From positions 19,631-83,630 of IMG/VR virus record IMGVR_UViG_3300042559_000515: a stretch of DNA of 64,000 bases; one strand, given 5' to 3'. Numbering within the stretch: the stretch's first letter is position 1; every line of letters starts with the position of its first letter. The notes below the pieces were generated by a model. It was given only the letters and a program-made list of their open reading frames with translations. It was not told where the DNA came from and searched no databases. Below are positions 51,783 through 61,901 of the stretch, piece after piece. The stretch is from a virus. A program made the translations under genes and the position numbers.

Positions 51783-52131
51783 CTTCGTATTCCTCCAATG
51801 AATCCTGTTCAACCATAAGAATTACTTTTTCTGAGTCTAATAGTTTATTGATTAATGCGACACCGTGTGACACGAGTGTTCTATGAAACTCATCCTTGAT
51901 GTCCTCTGATAAGTCGTGGATGCTCTTTAATTCACAAAACCAATCAGAGCATTGCAATACTTCTTCTAATAACCCCGTGGTTGTCAGAAGTGCCCAGCGA
52001 GCGATGACATCATAAGTTTCAATCTCTTGAACTTCTTCGGAAGGCATAGAGAACCCTGCCTCATGGGCAAAGTCTTGTCCCAAAGAGGGTGACAGCATAA
52101 GGTAATACATTCTTTTGTCCACTGCACTCAT
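51775..52131 (-). CDS. hypothetical protein
   Basis: ATGA overlap with the polymerase stop. Confidence 0.65.
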   Translation of the reverse strand: MSAVDKRMYYLMLSPSLGQDFAHEAGFSMPSEEVQEIETYDVIARWALLTTTGLLEEVLQCSDWFCELKSIHDLSEDIKDEFHRTLVSHGVALINKLLDSEKVILMVEQDSLEEYEDD

Positions 52132-54176
52132 CCTTTTGCCTCAGCCCAACTGTAGGCAGAGTCGCATGAAACAACTAAGGGTACTGCATCTATGACCCGA
52201 CCATGTCCCATAGTCTCTATGAACTTAGGGGTCAATTCATCAATGATGTCTTCATTTACTGACACCACCAATTCGTCATGCACCTGCACCAGCAACTGGG
52301 CGTCAAAGCCCTCCAGAAGCCCTGAGATGCCCACCATAGCCTCTTTACATAGGTCAGCCGCAGAACCCTGCACCACGGCGTTCACAGCCTGTCTCTCGGC
52401 ACGAGAGCGCACATACTCGTCTTGGGAGTTGAGGTCTGAAAGGCGCCTACGGCGACCATACAAGGTAGATACATACCCCTTCTTTCTACCAGACTCAATG
52501 ACCTGTCGTTTCCACTCGGTAAGACCAGCGAACTGCTTGTAGTACTGGTCAATCATGTGGCGAGCCTCTTCAATAGAAATGCCTGTGGTGTTTGCCAACT
52601 TGTGTGGTCCTCCACCGTATGCGGTAAGAAAGTTAACGCCCTTACCAATCTGTCGCTCTTCGCTGGTCACCTCTTCAAGTGGCTTCTTAAGGAGCAAAGC
52701 GGCGGCTCCTGCGTGAATGTCCTCTTCGTTTTTAAAGATTCTAATTAGTTGTTTATCCTGAGAAAACATTGCCATGACCCGCAATTCAATTTGGTCATAG
52801 TCAGCCACCAGCAACTTGTAACCCTCTGGCGCCACGAACAGGCTTCGTACTGAAGACGAGCGTGGGATGTTCTGAAGGTTTGGGTTACTGGAAGATAAAC
52901 GACCTGTGGCTGTGCGGTGCAAATGAAATGAAGGATGCAACTTACTGTTGTTCAACTTAGGAATCAGACCATCAACATATGTTGATTTAAGTTTCTGCAT
53001 TTCTGAATACTCCAGAAGGAGTGGCACTACTGGGTGTTCGTGCTTTAACTTCTGTAGTGATTCTTCATCAACAGATGGCGCACCCTTGGCTGTCTTCTTC
53101 ACGGGCTTTAACGCCAGACCACCTTCACGCTTCTTGTTGAACAAGAGAGCCTGCTTATGTGGGTTGGAGTCAGGGTTGAACCCAACAAAGGAATGTTCAC
53201 TAATGGCAAGAATGATGTCACGAAGTTTTCCATCTAATTCTTTACCTAATGTTTTTAACGCACGAGAATCAACGAGGATTCCATTGTTCTCCATCTCCAT
53301 CAATACACGGAGGACTTTAACATCAAGTTTGAATGCGTTCTCTAGTTCTTCGTTAGAACTAATGATTCTCCACATGCGTGTGTAGAGCGACCATGTCCAG
53401 CGAGCGTCAAGGTGCACATACCGTGCCGCTTTATCAAACGGAACGGTGTCAATGATTGCGCCCAACTTTCCTTCACGACCATGTGAGTGTGTGCGAAAGT
53501 TATTGAGTACTACCTGCTCCATGGAGTAACTCATAAGGTTCTCATCAAGAATGTGTTGCATCAAGATGGTGTCAAAGAAAGGACCCGATGGGATTTCTCC
53601 GTAGTACTTGCCGATAGAGCGAGCGTCAAACTTGACATTGTGACCAATCTTGACAGCGTTACTAAAGAACAGTGGCTTGAGTATCTCAAGTACTGCTGAA
53701 CGGTCTAATTGTTCTGGCACTTCATCGTGTGTTGCTGGGATGTGGTAACGAGCCTTTGCTGATGACTCTTGACCATTCTTAAGCAACTTTCGGTAACCCT
53801 CTGGTGGAACAGTGGAGCCATCACCAATTTCTTCTGGTATCAAAACGACACCAACACGGTGACCCATGGGAATAGCCCAAGAGTGACCGTGTGTGGCTAA
53901 GGCAATCCAAAACACCTCATTACGCAATGGGTCAAGTGCTAACTCACCACGATATTTGTTCTCAAGGTTTTCACGAGCCTTCCGAGCAATCTCAGGTGTA
54001 GGACTCTTCAACTTAGAGAGATGTGTTTTCCATTCCTGTTCAACAATCTCAATAAGGTTGGGATGCCGTTCCAAATTCCCACGGGTCTCCACATCAAATG
54101 CGAAGGCTCCGTGTTGCTGAATAATGGAAACGGCTTCCCTTACCTCATCAAGCGTTGTTACAACGCCGTAAGACAT
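52128..54176 (-). CDS. polA: family A DNA polymerase (3'-5' exonuclease plus polymerase, no 5'-3' exonuclease)
   Basis: FDVET, HNVKFD, TGRLSSSNPNLQNIP, ADYDQIELR, R..K..NF..YG, VQGSAAD, VHDE. Confidence 0.95.
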   Translation of the reverse strand: MSYGVVTTLDEVREAVSIIQQHGAFAFDVETRGNLERHPNLIEIVEQEWKTHLSKLKSPTPEIARKARENLENKYRGELALDPLRNEVFWIALATHGHSWAIPMGHRVGVVLIPEEIGDGSTVPPEGYRKLLKNGQESSAKARYHIPATHDEVPEQLDRSAVLEILKPLFFSNAVKIGHNVKFDARSIGKYYGEIPSGPFFDTILMQHILDENLMSYSMEQVVLNNFRTHSHGREGKLGAIIDTVPFDKAARYVHLDARWTWSLYTRMWRIISSNEELENAFKLDVKVLRVLMEMENNGILVDSRALKTLGKELDGKLRDIILAISEHSFVGFNPDSNPHKQALLFNKKREGGLALKPVKKTAKGAPSVDEESLQKLKHEHPVVPLLLEYSEMQKLKSTYVDGLIPKLNNSKLHPSFHLHRTATGRLSSSNPNLQNIPRSSSVRSLFVAPEGYKLLVADYDQIELRVMAMFSQDKQLIRIFKNEEDIHAGAAALLLKKPLEEVTSEERQIGKGVNFLTAYGGGPHKLANTTGISIEEARHMIDQYYKQFAGLTEWKRQVIESGRKKGYVSTLYGRRRRLSDLNSQDEYVRSRAERQAVNAVVQGSAADLCKEAMVGISGLLEGFDAQLLVQVHDELVVSVNEDIIDELTPKFIETMGHGRVIDAVPLVVSCDSAYSWAEAKG

Positions 54177-54886
54177 TAGTCGTCTGTCTGAATCTCAAGT
54201 GCAACTTCAGCGAGTGTCTTACGAGACGGTGTGCGAATGATTTCGTCCGTGTATGCGTTGCCACTGAAATGGTTGAGGTCCTCTTTGGACAAAGCCTCAA
54301 GGCTCCATTCCTCAAGGTCGCCTTCACGAACCATCTGATGGTTGGTAGAGGTTGTAGCACCCTTACCTGAGCGTGACACAGTCCAATAGTGCTTAGACAG
54401 TGGTCCCATTGCTGGGTGGTCATTGAAGTTCTTAAGTGAGTCAATAACTCGTGCGCCAACTTCGTATGAACGAAGCACTGGCTCTTCCCCTGGTGTCAAG
54501 AGGACAACATTAAAGTTAAAGCGCCATGACGGACGGTTACCTGCTTCACAGAGTGGGCAAGAGGTACCTGAATCCATGTCAGCAATACATGTGAATGACA
54601 TCTGACCTTTGCGCTCTACCCAGTGCTGGCGGTAGCGAGCGTATGGTGCGTCCTCAATGAACTTGATGATTTGGATTGACTCAGTCACCTTGAGGCGCTT
54701 TGCGTAATCACCATCGCTGTTAGTGGAGGTGCGCTCGGTGCTACCCCAACCACTGCGCACTACTTTGCGTACTGGTTCACTTGTTTCTGCTTGTGGCTTA
54801 CGAATAAGCCCTGAATCATTGGATGCTTTGGAAGGTTCCGTGAACTCTTGTTCATCGTCTTCAAAGTCGTTGTCCCATCTACCCAT
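54176..54886 (-). CDS. single-stranded DNA-binding protein (gp32-like)
   Basis: QHW..FTC..CPLC zinc motif; adjacent to the polymerase. Confidence 0.65.
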   Translation of the reverse strand: MGRWDNDFEDDEQEFTEPSKASNDSGLIRKPQAETSEPVRKVVRSGWGSTERTSTNSDGDYAKRLKVTESIQIIKFIEDAPYARYRQHWVERKGQMSFTCIADMDSGTSCPLCEAGNRPSWRFNFNVVLLTPGEEPVLRSYEVGARVIDSLKNFNDHPAMGPLSKHYWTVSRSGKGATTSTNHQMVREGDLEEWSLEALSKEDLNHFSGNAYTDEIIRTPSRKTLAEVALEIQTDD

Positions 54887-54898
54887 GTTGTTTGCTCC

Positions 54899-55351
54899 TT
54901 ACTTGGGCCAATTGGCTTGTATGTAGTGAATGAAAGATACCCAATTGTTGGCGTCTTGCCAACTAGGATTTCTATCTCCCATAAGATTATTTTGGTCAAG
55001 TGCTGTTAGTAACACTTCAACCTGCTCACGGGAATAGAGACGATACCCCTTGCGGTCGGCGTTTAACAACTCCGCACCGCTTGCTTTTGAGGTTCGGTAT
55101 GTGGGGGCAGGAATCCACCCCTTGCGCTCCCATTTGCGAAGGGTAACCGCAGAACGACCAATTACTTTTGCTACTGAACCAACGGTGTACAACTCACGGT
55201 GAACACCACCAATCATTACAAGTTTCTTTGGCACCCCTCGGAACGGGTCATCAACTACTGACCCCTGCTCTGGTTTAAGAGGGCGATTCTTTGGCTTCTT
55301 TTTTCCTGGGTAATCAGGTAAGTCACCAAAAAGTTCAAGGACATCTCTCAT
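54899..55351 (-). CDS. MerR-type HTH protein
   Basis: YTVGSVAKVIGRSAVTLRKWERKGWIP..RLYSREQV. Confidence 0.85.
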   Translation of the reverse strand: MRDVLELFGDLPDYPGKKKPKNRPLKPEQGSVVDDPFRGVPKKLVMIGGVHRELYTVGSVAKVIGRSAVTLRKWERKGWIPAPTYRTSKASGAELLNADRKGYRLYSREQVEVLLTALDQNNLMGDRNPSWQDANNWVSFIHYIQANWPK

Positions 55352-55764
55352 GCCTTAAAAGCCCATGATTCTTTCTCTGTGTAAAACGACATGATGATGT
55401 CTTCCAGAGACTTGTCTGACCAAGCCAATCCTAAAATCTTGTCTTCGCTAAGTACTTCTATAACTTCTTTGACATCGTCCCAGAGGTTATTGTCTCGTGC
55501 CCACTGCTCAGCCGATGCAGTATCAAAAGAACGGGACACACGCTTTTCACGCTTAAGATTTAAATCACCGACAGTCAACCAGATGTGTCCCTTATCGTCA
55601 GGTGTACCGAAGTTTTCTACAGCAACAGACAGTTCTTTTTTCATGTCGTTGGTGCGTTTTTCAATAAGCGCAAGTGTGTCTTTTGACTTCTTGTACTCCT
55701 CAGCCAATCGCTCTAGGTAAGCAGTATCTGGCTGTGGTTGCTCTTCTCGTTTTACAACTCTCAC
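55348..55764 (-). CDS. hypothetical protein (coiled coil)
   Basis: 138 aa with 4-nt overlaps. Confidence 0.65.
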   Translation of the reverse strand: MRVVKREEQPQPDTAYLERLAEEYKKSKDTLALIEKRTNDMKKELSVAVENFGTPDDKGHIWLTVGDLNLKREKRVSRSFDTASAEQWARDNNLWDDVKEVIEVLSEDKILGLAWSDKSLEDIIMSFYTEKESWAFKA

Positions 55765-55949
55765 GAAACTACAAGACTGATGTCGGTGTCAAGAGAATGT
55801 ACAAGTTCAGAAATTAAGTGCTGTGCTTCTTCTGAAGTAAGCGGAGTTGCTGTTTCTGTGTCCAACATTTGGTCATCCATAAAGTCTGTCAAAAACTTGA
55901 CAAATTTTTCTGCAATTTCAATTGTTTCATAGTCATCGTATTTTTGCAT
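55761..55949 (-). CDS. hypothetical protein
   Basis: GAGG RBS. Confidence 0.55.
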   Translation of the reverse strand: MQKYDDYETIEIAEKFVKFLTDFMDDQMLDTETATPLTSEEAQHLISELVHSLDTDISLVVS

Positions 55950-55951
55950 TG

Positions 55952-57496
55952 TTATACCTCTGTATTTTTAAGGAAGTCGGAAAGTGTACCGAGATTTAGT
56001 TCAAATTTACCCTGTTGGTCGTACTGCTTGTCAAGGAACGCTGAATTAATACCACGCTTTTGCATGAGCATTTCGTACTGCCGTTCTTCAATAGACCCCT
56101 TCATTACGAACGAGGTAATTGTGACATGGGGGTGTGTTGAGGATAGTCGGATGATACGGGCGTCTCTTTGGTCCAGTTTTCCAGCCGACCAAGGGAGGTC
56201 GTAAGAGATGAGGTAATTGGCTTGTGGTAAGTCCACGCCATAGCCTCCCGCATCAGAGGATAAAAAGAGCCGAACATTACTGTCGGTTTGGAATTTGGTT
56301 TTAGCACGGTCTCGCTCATCTGCACCCATACCACCCATGAAGAGTACGCTCTCTGTAAGTCCTGTAGTTGCCTCTTGGATAAGCCGTAGGTTCTTCTTAA
56401 AGAACGAGAATAGAACCACTTTGTTATTTGGGTCTTCATTAAGTACATCCGTAATATAAGAAATAACGGCATCTAGTTTGGGTGTCTTAGCGCTCGTGGG
56501 GACCCAGTTGCTTTTGACGATTGCTGAAGCGTACTGACTGCCTTCTGTATTTTGTGTGGGGTCGTCAAACGCTTGTGCTGAGTCCAAAACCAACTGAGGG
56601 TTATCGCAGAGCATGCGGAGCACAGTAAGGCGAGCCATAATTTGACCTTGAGCGTCATTTCCATTTCCTCCGTTGTAGTGTGCCCACAAGTCAAATCCAC
56701 GACCAGTTGTTGTGATTGCTTTGCTGATTTCGTTTTGTAGGTCTTTGCTTATTTTCTCATACGCCGATGCACCTGCACTGTCAAACGGAACAGGAACGAC
56801 TTGTGTGATTACTTTGGGTAATTGGTCAGCAATGTCATCACGAGTTTTTCTAATCATGACTTCTGACAAAGATTCATTTAATGCTTGTAAGTTTCGGTAA
56901 CGCACTGGAGCGCCAAAGTGGTTACGCACAATGAAGGTGCGGTCAAAAATATCAAAGCGACCTAGCACTGATGGGTCAACAAACTCCATGATTGAAAACA
57001 ATTCTTCTGGTTTGTTCTCAATAGGTTGACCAGTGAGTGCAAAGCGATACTGGAATCGCTTACCTAACTTCTTTAACATCTTTGAACGCTTGGCACGGGG
57101 AGACTTGATGATGGTGGCTTCATCAATCACCATTGCATTAGCCCCAAGGTGCGTCAAGAATGTCTGGTCATTAAGAAGAACCTCTGGGTTGACAATGATG
57201 TAGCGACAGCGCAATGCGGTACGCCAAAGGACTTCCCGTTGCTTGGGTGTGCCATCAATAACGACCGCCGTGGAGTCGGTGAACTTCTTAATCTCACGAA
57301 GCCATTGGTATTTCAGCGAAGACGGAACAACAATAAGCACACGGTCTACTTCATTACTTTTGATTAGTTCTTCTATAGCCGAAAGAGTTGTAACTGTCTT
57401 ACCAGCACCCATGACCATGGCAAGAAGCATTTGACCTGTGTCAGCCATCTTCTGGCTTGCTTCTTCTTGGAATGGGTAGAGAGTTCCTTTAAACAT
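55952..57496 (-). CDS. SNF2-family helicase
   Basis: MGAGKT, IDEAT, LTGQPIEN, GGYGVDL, QRDARI.R. Confidence 0.92.
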   Translation of the reverse strand: MFKGTLYPFQEEASQKMADTGQMLLAMVMGAGKTVTTLSAIEELIKSNEVDRVLIVVPSSLKYQWLREIKKFTDSTAVVIDGTPKQREVLWRTALRCRYIIVNPEVLLNDQTFLTHLGANAMVIDEATIIKSPRAKRSKMLKKLGKRFQYRFALTGQPIENKPEELFSIMEFVDPSVLGRFDIFDRTFIVRNHFGAPVRYRNLQALNESLSEVMIRKTRDDIADQLPKVITQVVPVPFDSAGASAYEKISKDLQNEISKAITTTGRGFDLWAHYNGGNGNDAQGQIMARLTVLRMLCDNPQLVLDSAQAFDDPTQNTEGSQYASAIVKSNWVPTSAKTPKLDAVISYITDVLNEDPNNKVVLFSFFKKNLRLIQEATTGLTESVLFMGGMGADERDRAKTKFQTDSNVRLFLSSDAGGYGVDLPQANYLISYDLPWSAGKLDQRDARIIRLSSTHPHVTITSFVMKGSIEERQYEMLMQKRGINSAFLDKQYDQQGKFELNLGTLSDFLKNTEV

Positions 57497-58389
57497 TACA
57501 ACCACCAAGGAATAACTGAAGAGCCGACAATGGCTTCTTCTAACTCTGTATCTGTCATATCCCCAATGTCCTTTGCCTTCGTGTGGCTGTACTTCATCCA
57601 GTACACACCACCCTTTAGCAATGGCATGTCTTTAAAAATCTTTTTAGCACTAGCAATACCTGCTTCATCATTGTCCATTGCAATAATCAGTTTGTCTGCA
57701 ACTGAGTAGGTCAACTGCAACTGCTTCTTACTTACTTGAGCGCCGAATGTGGCAAGGCATTGCATCCCATCAAAGGATGAAGCAAAGCGAACAACATCTA
57801 AAGGTGACTCTACAAGAATAGCAGTGGACGATTTAAAGCGCTCAATACCAAACAGTGTTTCACTCTTCTTAACACCTGTTGGGTGGTTGTACACAAAACC
57901 ATTTCCCTTTTCCTGCCAACCAAGTAACTCACCTTCGGAAGAGACGATGGGAATAATCCATGCGTGCTTATCAGCGTTCCACCTGATGCCATGCTTGCGA
58001 GCAACATCTTCTGACAAGTTTCTGCTTGCAAGAATCTTTGCTGGAACTTCTTCGTAGTGGAGATACATCTGGTGGTCAACATTTGGACGCTTTTCCCACT
58101 TAGGCATCTGCAACCGTTCAACACTGTTGTTCATCAGCATTTGTGTAACAGAGAAATCGTCTTTACCTGTCAACTCCATGATGAGTTGTGGAAGTGTCCC
58201 ACGAGAACCACAGGAGTAACAAATCCAAAGACCTGAGTCGGCGTTCATAGACCATGAAGGAGAGTTATCGTCCTTACCTGTGCGTGCTAGGTGGACAGGG
58301 CATCGTGCAGATATTTCTTGTCCTGCTCTACGGACATCCACACCGATGGACATCAAGAAGTCTGCGAGGTCAGTAGTTCCAGCCATCAT
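57496..58389 (-). CDS. dnaG: DNA primase (CHC2 zinc finger plus TOPRIM)
   Basis: CPVH..CYSC; VESPLD; MDNDEAG; KDIGD. Confidence 0.9.
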   Translation of the reverse strand: MMAGTTDLADFLMSIGVDVRRAGQEISARCPVHLARTGKDDNSPSWSMNADSGLWICYSCGSRGTLPQLIMELTGKDDFSVTQMLMNNSVERLQMPKWEKRPNVDHQMYLHYEEVPAKILASRNLSEDVARKHGIRWNADKHAWIIPIVSSEGELLGWQEKGNGFVYNHPTGVKKSETLFGIERFKSSTAILVESPLDVVRFASSFDGMQCLATFGAQVSKKQLQLTYSVADKLIIAMDNDEAGIASAKKIFKDMPLLKGGVYWMKYSHTKAKDIGDMTDTELEEAIVGSSVIPWWL

Positions 58390-59629
58390 TGTCCGCCTCC
58401 TCTCCGTCTTCTCCTACTTCGGTGAAGTTCATGTTTTCCCAGTCCCACTTAATACGCACTTCACCTTTTGGTGCAGTACGAGCAAGCACTACTCGGATGA
58501 TTGCTTGATTGTCAATGTCTGGGTCTGACTCCACACCAAGAATCAAATCGGAGTCTTGTGCAAACGATGAGGTGTAACCAATTGAGTCAGCAGAAATCTG
58601 CCGTGATTTCTTGTTACCAAGTTTCCATGAAAGAACCTGTGTCGTACCAATGAGTGGAACATCAAATCTCTGTGCAAGTCGCTTTAATGAACGGGTGATG
58701 TTTGTAAGCGCTTGTGGGCTTCCCTTAGGCTCACCATTCTCATCGTCCATCAAATACACACCGTCAACGATGACAAGACCTGGTCGGTACTGCTGAATCT
58801 TTCCTGCGATAGCGCTAACTGTTGTCAATGAAGACGCATCTTCAGTCATGATAAACGGATGCATGTTCTTGCGAATCTTGATGGACTTTTCAATCCTCTC
58901 TAGTTCTGCAATGTTTAAATCTCCACGCATGATTTTGTTGTGTGACACTCCTGCAACCAGTGCGTCATAGCGAGCCTCTTGTTCTTCAATACTCATTTCA
59001 AAAGAAACATACATTGGAGTAATACCATGAGCGTGAGCCGCTTGCGCCATGATGAGTGTCATCAGCGACTTACCCTTCTTTGCTTCACCCACAAATGTAA
59101 TCAACTGCTGGGGTCGGAATCCTGCGGTGATTTTGTCCAGCCCATTGAAACCTGTCGGAATGCCACGCAAGAAGTTTGGAGTATCACGCATTTCTCTGTA
59201 ACGCTCAATGCGTTGTTCCCAAGACTGGATGATGTCAACATCACGAAGATGTGCAACTTCAAGAGCCGCTTTCTGCAAACCCTCTGAAAGAATCTTTGCC
59301 GCTTCATCAGTGTCGTGTTCATTAAGGGATGGTGTAGCCGCAGTAACTGCAAGTACCAAGTGCTTGTGCTTGTACGCCATGTACAACTCATCAATGAGTC
59401 GTGGGAAAGGCTCTGCTTCTGCGTTAACAAGTTGTAGGTCTGCAAACTGTTGTTTAACTACTCGTGGTGTTGGAACGGCACTGTACTCACGCCAGTAACC
59501 AAGCAACCATAGGTAAACCGTGGACAACTCTGAGGTGAAGTGGTCGGGACGAACACCTGCATCAACTACTTCAGTAACACTCGCACTTTGGATAATTTTG
59601 CTGATTAGCAGATGTTCGCTACTAGCCAT
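58370..59629 (-). CDS. dnaB: replicative DNA helicase
   Basis: GIPTGF..LD..T.G, GEAKKGKS, SFEMS, IVDGVYLM, QDSD. Confidence 0.93.
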   Translation of the reverse strand: MASSEHLLISKIIQSASVTEVVDAGVRPDHFTSELSTVYLWLLGYWREYSAVPTPRVVKQQFADLQLVNAEAEPFPRLIDELYMAYKHKHLVLAVTAATPSLNEHDTDEAAKILSEGLQKAALEVAHLRDVDIIQSWEQRIERYREMRDTPNFLRGIPTGFNGLDKITAGFRPQQLITFVGEAKKGKSLMTLIMAQAAHAHGITPMYVSFEMSIEEQEARYDALVAGVSHNKIMRGDLNIAELERIEKSIKIRKNMHPFIMTEDASSLTTVSAIAGKIQQYRPGLVIVDGVYLMDDENGEPKGSPQALTNITRSLKRLAQRFDVPLIGTTQVLSWKLGNKKSRQISADSIGYTSSFAQDSDLILGVESDPDIDNQAIIRVVLARTAPKGEVRIKWDWENMNFTEVGEDGEEADNDGWNY

Positions 59630-60069
59630 TATGGTGCCCATGCCTTTTCTGTGCTCACAACCGTGGCTCGTGGGCCAATGATTTGAGCGACATCTTCGTT
59701 AGAGGTGTAGATGATACGCACGGCACGGCTGAATCGCAAGTCATATTCCAAAAGTTCTGGAGACTCGTAGTAGTACACAGGACAACTAATTCCTTTGCGC
59801 AACAACCACCTGTCAATTGCATCTACTGCATCTTCATGAATAAATGTATAAATGTCTGTACCAAGACCAAGTCGGTTAACACTGTCGGACAGTGCTTTGA
59901 TTGGAAGAGTGTTTGGTTCCCACAAACGAAGAACAGCGTCCCAGTTGTCACGCCTGCGTTGAATTGTTTCTAAAAATGACTTTGAGCCAGACGGAGGTGA
60001 TGCAAGAAGATTATCAAACACCACGCCTTGCGCTAATGGTGCGTAATCAATGATGTCATTGCCTTGCAT
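59629..60069 (-). CDS. hypothetical protein
   Basis: TAATG coupling at both ends; begins MQGNDI. Confidence 0.65.
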   Translation of the reverse strand: MQGNDIIDYAPLAQGVVFDNLLASPPSGSKSFLETIQRRRDNWDAVLRLWEPNTLPIKALSDSVNRLGLGTDIYTFIHEDAVDAIDRWLLRKGISCPVYYYESPELLEYDLRFSRAVRIIYTSNEDVAQIIGPRATVVSTEKAWAP

Positions 60070-60725
60070 TATCTGACCGTGTTCTTCTCCAGCCAATCGC
60101 TCATTCGGTAATCGTCACTCTTAAGTGGCGCCATAAGACAACTGGACTTGATGATTGACTGCAAGTTTGCGCCGTAGATGTCGTTGAGTGTTGATGCCTT
60201 GTGGATGCTTGTAATAATCGTTGTCAATTGGTTGTGATAACGAGATTCAATCAACGATGAGATGGTCCTCTTAGTGAAGTCCGTTGGTCGTTCAGAGCCA
60301 AGGGCGTCAATCACAACAATGTCAAAAACCTCTTGCAGATACTTCATGGTGTTTGGGTCTTCGTAACCTTCTGGTAGGTCATCACCAAACTTGATTTCGT
60401 TGTAAGACATCTGAATGTACTTCTCAGCCGTAACAAACATCCCACAAATGTTGTTGGTGTAGACGACACGCTTCAGGATGGCTTGAGCAAGATGTGTCTT
60501 ACCTGAACCCGTACCACCGACTAAGTACAGCCCCTGACCGTTCTCAACCATCTCTGGTGCTTTGTCAATCCACTTGTTGATGAGTTCCAAGGACTCTTTG
60601 TCTTTGTCTGCTGTGTTGAATGTTTCTAAGTTTTGCGTGCGGAACCTTTTTGGGATTGCGGTGTTATGCACACGCTCTACAGGAGGTCTGTTGCGCCAGT
60701 ACTTTTGGCTACGAAGTTCACCCAT
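60069..60725 (-). CDS. DnaC/IstB-like AAA+ helicase loader
   Basis: IPKRF, GGTGSGKTHLA, VVIDALGSE, RY..L.TIITS. Confidence 0.88.
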   Translation of the reverse strand: MGELRSQKYWRNRPPVERVHNTAIPKRFRTQNLETFNTADKDKESLELINKWIDKAPEMVENGQGLYLVGGTGSGKTHLAQAILKRVVYTNNICGMFVTAEKYIQMSYNEIKFGDDLPEGYEDPNTMKYLQEVFDIVVIDALGSERPTDFTKRTISSLIESRYHNQLTTIITSIHKASTLNDIYGANLQSIIKSSCLMAPLKSDDYRMSDWLEKNTVR

Positions 60726-60727
60726 TG

Positions 60728-61117
60728 CTAAAGCCTTCTATCAGTTTCAACATCGTCATAACTATCTGGTTCCTTGTAGGTGGTCGCTTTCTTAGCGAGA
60801 GCGTCAAGATTAGCAAGGAAGGCACGCCATGGGGCAACGCCCTCCGTCAATGGTTTCTGTTTAATCTCTGTAATAAAAATATGCATCATGTCACGAATCT
60901 GTTTGGGGGTGTAGTTAGCCTCACGAAGTTTCTTTAATCCTTTTGACATCGCAGGAAAATTCACGGGGGAGTTCAACTTGCCCCAAGCGTCCTTTGGTAG
61001 GAGTTCCGAGAAGTAGGTCGTCAATCCAAATAGGGAATCTTGTCGGGGAGTCTTTTTTGGCGGAGCACTCTTAGGTTCGGCGTCTGCCCCAAATGCTGGA
61101 CCCCAGTCATCAGACAC
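60728..61117 (-). CDS. hypothetical protein (replication module)
   Basis: GTG start after GGAGG. Confidence 0.6.
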   Translation of the reverse strand: MSDDWGPAFGADAEPKSAPPKKTPRQDSLFGLTTYFSELLPKDAWGKLNSPVNFPAMSKGLKKLREANYTPKQIRDMMHIFITEIKQKPLTEGVAPWRAFLANLDALAKKATTYKEPDSYDDVETDRRL

Positions 61118-61586
61118 GACCAACCTCCACATCGTCATAGTCCGATTTCGGTCTCTTGTTATGGTTACTCTTATTACTCTTATTATTAACTCTTATTTGG
61201 GTGTCACTGGAGACACTAGGGGTAGTGTCAGGGGTGTCACCCCTAGTGGTGTCACTGGTGTCACTACCTAGTGTCACGGCTGACACTACCTCTGGGTTAT
61301 TAAAGTTGATGATAAATGCGTTGGAGAGGTTGTGTCCCTTGGTCCCACGGTGCTTGCGGATTAACACCCCAGCAGACTCAAGGCGCTTGACAGCACGGAT
61401 AACTGTTCGGCGGTCAACACCCACCTGCTCTGCGATGTATTTGTAGGAGGTCGTGGTGGTTTGGGTATCTGGCTTCATGTAAACCAGCAATTCCAGTAGG
61501 ACTGACTTGGCTACAGAGTCCCCATTGAGATACGGCAAAACCCAGCGTGGAAAGGCTAGGAAGGGTCCTCCAAATTTTGTACTCAT
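61110..61586 (-). CDS. HTH replication initiator (HTH_36-like)
   Basis: SYKYIAEQVGVDRRTVIRAVKRLESAGVL..SN.F; AAGGAG RBS; upstream of the loader, helicase and primase. Confidence 0.8.
   Translation of the reverse strand: MSTKFGGPFLAFPRWVLPYLNGDSVAKSVLLELLVYMKPDTQTTTTSYKYIAEQVGVDRRTVIRAVKRLESAGVLIRKHRGTKGHNLSNAFIINFNNPEVVSAVTLGSDTSDTTRGDTPDTTPSVSSDTQIRVNNKSNKSNHNKRPKSDYDDVEVGRV
61200..61290. repeat. iteron-like GTGTCAC repeats; putative replication origin within the initiator gene
   Basis: Six GTGTCA(C) direct copies plus inverted GACAC copies, next to AT-rich TTACTCTTATTACTCTTATTATTAACTCTTAT. Confidence 0.7.
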
Positions 61587-61733
61587 CTCGTACTCCTTGT
61601 TGGTTGCTACGGGGTAGTGATGATACACTTTTTTTCCAACACTTGGACATACCCTGTGTTGGTTGCTCAGACGAAGGGCTGGGGCGCTTAACTGTGTCCC
61701 AGTCCTTAGTCGTTTATAGGGTAAAATGGTGCC

Positions 61734-61901
61734 ATGGCTACAAAGAAAAAAGAAGTTTGGGACACCCCAGACCCTTCCAAAAAAGACAAGAAGTTGACTC
61801 CTGAACAGAAGTCAGAAGCAAAGGCTCGTGCTAAAAAAGCAGGACGCCCTTATCCAAATCTTGTGGACAACATGGCTGTGTCCAAAAAGGGTAAGAAGTA
61901 A
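61734..61901 (+). CDS. small basic protein (not in ORF track)
   Basis: MATKKKEVW..LTPEQK..AKARAKKAGRPYPNLVDNM; TAAAAT-N6-ATG. Confidence 0.75.
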   Translation: MATKKKEVWDTPDPSKKDKKLTPEQKSEAKARAKKAGRPYPNLVDNMAVSKKGKK

